Assembly: GCA_003345555.1 (NCBI GenBank)
Contig: PRDJ01000016.1
Coordinates: forward strand, 1-6,589
Length of the DNA stretch: 6,589 bases
Source of the DNA: Candidatus Thorarchaeota archaeon
GTDB taxonomy: Archaea > Asgardarchaeota > Thorarchaeia > Thorarchaeales > Thorarchaeaceae
Direction: 5' to 3'
Shown here in pieces: positions 4,733 to 6,589 of the stretch. The translations under genes and the position numbers were made by a program. Under the pieces are notes generated by a model. That model was not told the origin of the DNA. It was given only the letters and a program-made list of their open reading frames with translations, and made no database searches. Within the stretch, counting starts at the first letter, position 1. Each line of letters opens with the position of its first letter.

Positions 4733-5770
4733 CTATGCAGTTGCTTCCTTCTCATACGCCGTGCCGACTGCTTTCGGCGGTATAGACCTCCTGATGCCCG
4801 CAAGTGCTACGACTACCAAGACATAGGGAATCATCTGTATGAAATAGCTATAGTCCCCGAGCCACGCGAAACCGGGGTCGATGCCTGTCATGATTTGGAC
4901 AAGGTATTGGAAGCCCGTGAGAAAGCCGAAAAGAACTCCAGCAATCAAGCAGCCCAACGGAGTCCAGTTACCGAATATGAGGGCGGCCAGAGCAATGAAT
5001 CCTCTGCCGTTAGTCATGAGCTTTCCGAATTGTGATTCGAACCCTATTGAAAGGTAGGCGCCGCCAAGTCCTCCTAGCAATCCACTGATGATTACGCCAG
5101 CGAAACGCATCTTGTCAACGCTTACCCCTGCACTGTCGAGCGTGCTGGGATCTTCACCTGCGGCTCTCAGCCGGAGGCCAAAAGATGTATGGTATAGCAC
5201 GTACCATGATACGACCACAATCACAAACATCAGATAGACGATTGGCGATAGGCGAGCAATACCCCCTATAATCGGGATTTGCTCTAGGCCCGGGAAGTAA
5301 AGATCGGGCACCCTGGCCACCGAGTCTGATGTCCCCTTCGTGCCCCAGATCACCCAAAGCATCAGCGTTGTGAATCCGGATGCGAAGAGGATGACTCCTG
5401 TTCCACTCACAATCTGGTTGCCTTTCAATCTTACACAAACGATCGCGTGCACACCCGCCAGCAGACCACCAGAGAGAACTCCAGCAAGAACCCCCAGCCA
5501 AGGGTCATTGGTGAACCAGCTTGTAGCTACAGCTGAGAATGCGCCCATGAGCATTATACCTTCAAGACCAATGTTGACCACACCAGATCTCTCAGAGAAC
5601 ATCCCGCCCAAGGCAGTAAGCACGAGCGGCGTTGAATTCTGCAGGGTTGTCAACAGGAGCCAGCCAAGGAGAAGAAGAATAACAGGCGGGCTCCGGAGGG
5701 CGACAACAAGGAGGGCAAGGACAAGGATGACAACGATGGCAAGGAGGAGAAGAATGGCCCTTCGCATCAC
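4733..5770 (-). CDS. nupC: BMP-type nucleoside/simple-sugar ABC transporter permease, NupC/YufQ-like
   Basis: Family-typical segments TPLVLTALGGMFSERSGVVNIGLEGIMLMGAF, GNQIVSGTGV, TSFGLRLRAAGEDP, GRGFIALAALIFGNWTPLG and QMIPYVLVVVALAG, with the C-terminal PPKAVGTAYEKE. GTG 5770 / ATG 5767 overlaps the upstream TGA; SD-like GGGGGTG at 5783..5777. Confidence 0.93.
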   Translation of the reverse strand: MMRRAILLLLAIVVILVLALLVVALRSPPVILLLLGWLLLTTLQNSTPLVLTALGGMFSERSGVVNIGLEGIMLMGAFSAVATSWFTNDPWLGVLAGVLSGGLLAGVHAIVCVRLKGNQIVSGTGVILFASGFTTLMLWVIWGTKGTSDSVARVPDLYFPGLEQIPIIGGIARLSPIVYLMFVIVVVSWYVLYHTSFGLRLRAAGEDPSTLDSAGVSVDKMRFAGVIISGLLGGLGGAYLSIGFESQFGKLMTNGRGFIALAALIFGNWTPLGCLIAGVLFGFLTGFQYLVQIMTGIDPGFAWLGDYSYFIQMIPYVLVVVALAGIRRSIPPKAVGTAYEKEATA

Positions 5771-6589
5771 GGCCTACACCCCCTAATGCCAGCACCCTTT
5801 GGTGCGAGGGCGATTACCAAAAGCCAAACCACTACACCAATTGCACACATGGCCAGCGAGGACAGAGCCAAAGCCATCGACCCCGTGTACGCAAGCACGA
5901 GAATCCCTGCCGTGAGCCAGCAGCCTACGTAGAAGAAGTGACCAGCGAATGAAGTTTGGTATCTAGAGAAGGTCATCGCAAAAGAAAGGAGACCGGCGAT
6001 TGACGTTAGAAGAAACATCATCGACAACGGGAAGATGGAAATCGAGATGACAGAATAACCTATGGCATAGAACGCCCCCACGATACCATAGCCCGCAGCT
6101 GTAAGCCAAGGAATAGCGTTTTTCGGACTCTTCTTCAACCATATGGCATAACTTACACCACTATTCGCAAGCCAATCGATGAGGCGGGGCGCAGCTACGA
6201 AGAGAACGATGAGCCCTTGGACCACGCCGATCATCTCCGCTGGAACTTGAGCCATGATGCTCATGCTGTTACCTCCAGCTCGGAGAGCCCCCAGAAAGAT
6301 TGCCGCAAGAAGACAACCCCACGGATTATTCCGTCCGAGAACTGCAGCAGTAATCCCGTCCCAGCCGTACCCGGCAGACCAATTCGCGACAAAACGATAG
6401 TGATATCCCAAGATCTCTCCTGCTCCCGAAAGACCTGCTAGCCCTCCACTGAGTCCGAGAGCCAAAGCCATGTTCTTGCGTGGGTTGATACCCGCGGTCT
6501 CGGCTGCATCACGGTTGAAACCGACTGCCCTCATCTCGTATCCCAGGACGGTTCTCTTGAACAGAATATAGACCCCGAAGACAGCAAGA
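5767..6589 (-). CDS. nupB: BMP-type nucleoside/simple-sugar ABC transporter permease, NupB/YufP-like (5'-truncated by the window edge), with a hydrophobic C-terminal extension
   Basis: The frame is open to the right edge: LAVFGVYILFKRTVLGYEMRAVGFNRDAAETAGIN...GLAGLSGAGEILG...GYGWDGITAAVLGRNNPWG...VPAEMIGVVQGLIVLFVAAP. These are family-typical segments. The ATG at 6534 is internal, not the true start. Confidence 0.92.
   Translation of the reverse strand, partial: LAVFGVYILFKRTVLGYEMRAVGFNRDAAETAGINPRKNMALALGLSGGLAGLSGAGEILGYHYRFVANWSAGYGWDGITAAVLGRNNPWGCLLAAIFLGALRAGGNSMSIMAQVPAEMIGVVQGLIVLFVAAPRLIDWLANSGVSYAIWLKKSPKNAIPWLTAAGYGIVGAFYAIGYSVISISIFPLSMMFLLTSIAGLLSFAMTFSRYQTSFAGHFFYVGCWLTAGILVLAYTGSMALALSSLAMCAIGVVVWLLVIALAPKGAGIRGCRP

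Noticed and set aside
5666-5760. Purine-rich low-complexity stretch with AGGA/CAAGG repeats
   Set aside because: Explained by Leu/Val/Ile codons of TM helices on the minus strand; not an array or a repeat element.
4090-5795. ORFs 4090..4314, 4311..4718, 4646..5035, 5154..5501, 5340..5786 and 5592..5795
   Set aside because: Alternative-frame or antisense shadows of the real genes; antisense frames of hydrophobic membrane genes often stay open.
6217-6441. Plus-strand ORF 6217..6441
   Set aside because: Antisense to the conserved core of the NupB-like permease.

Overview
Gene-dense archaeal-looking window with no mobile elements, RNA genes or CRISPR arrays. GGAGGTGA-type Shine-Dalgarno (SD) sites, a sequon-rich surface protein and the protein styles suggest an Asgard archaeon such as Thorarchaeota; this taxonomy is inference only. 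From left to right: (i) the 5' 228 codons of an agmatinase/arginase-family ureohydrolase on the minus strand, missed by the ORF track because it runs off the window; (ii) a strong GC hairpin plus U-tract; (iii) a minus-strand two-gene envelope unit, made of a multi-pass membrane protein and a 540-aa secreted, C-terminally anchored glycoprotein ending in a TRAP-beta/BatD-like Ig domain; (iv) a divergent promoter region rich in repeats and palindromes; (v) a plus-strand winged-HTH regulator overlapping a 2-TM membrane protein; (vi) a 4-TM hypothetical protein; (vii) the two permeases (NupC/YufQ-like and NupB/YufP-like) of a BMP-type nucleoside/sugar ABC transporter. The most interesting items are the uncharacterised regulator + envelope module (791-4169), the TRAP-beta-like domain, a probable non-AUG (AUU) start at 2987, and a roughly 115-aa four-helix C-terminal extension on the NupB-like permease.
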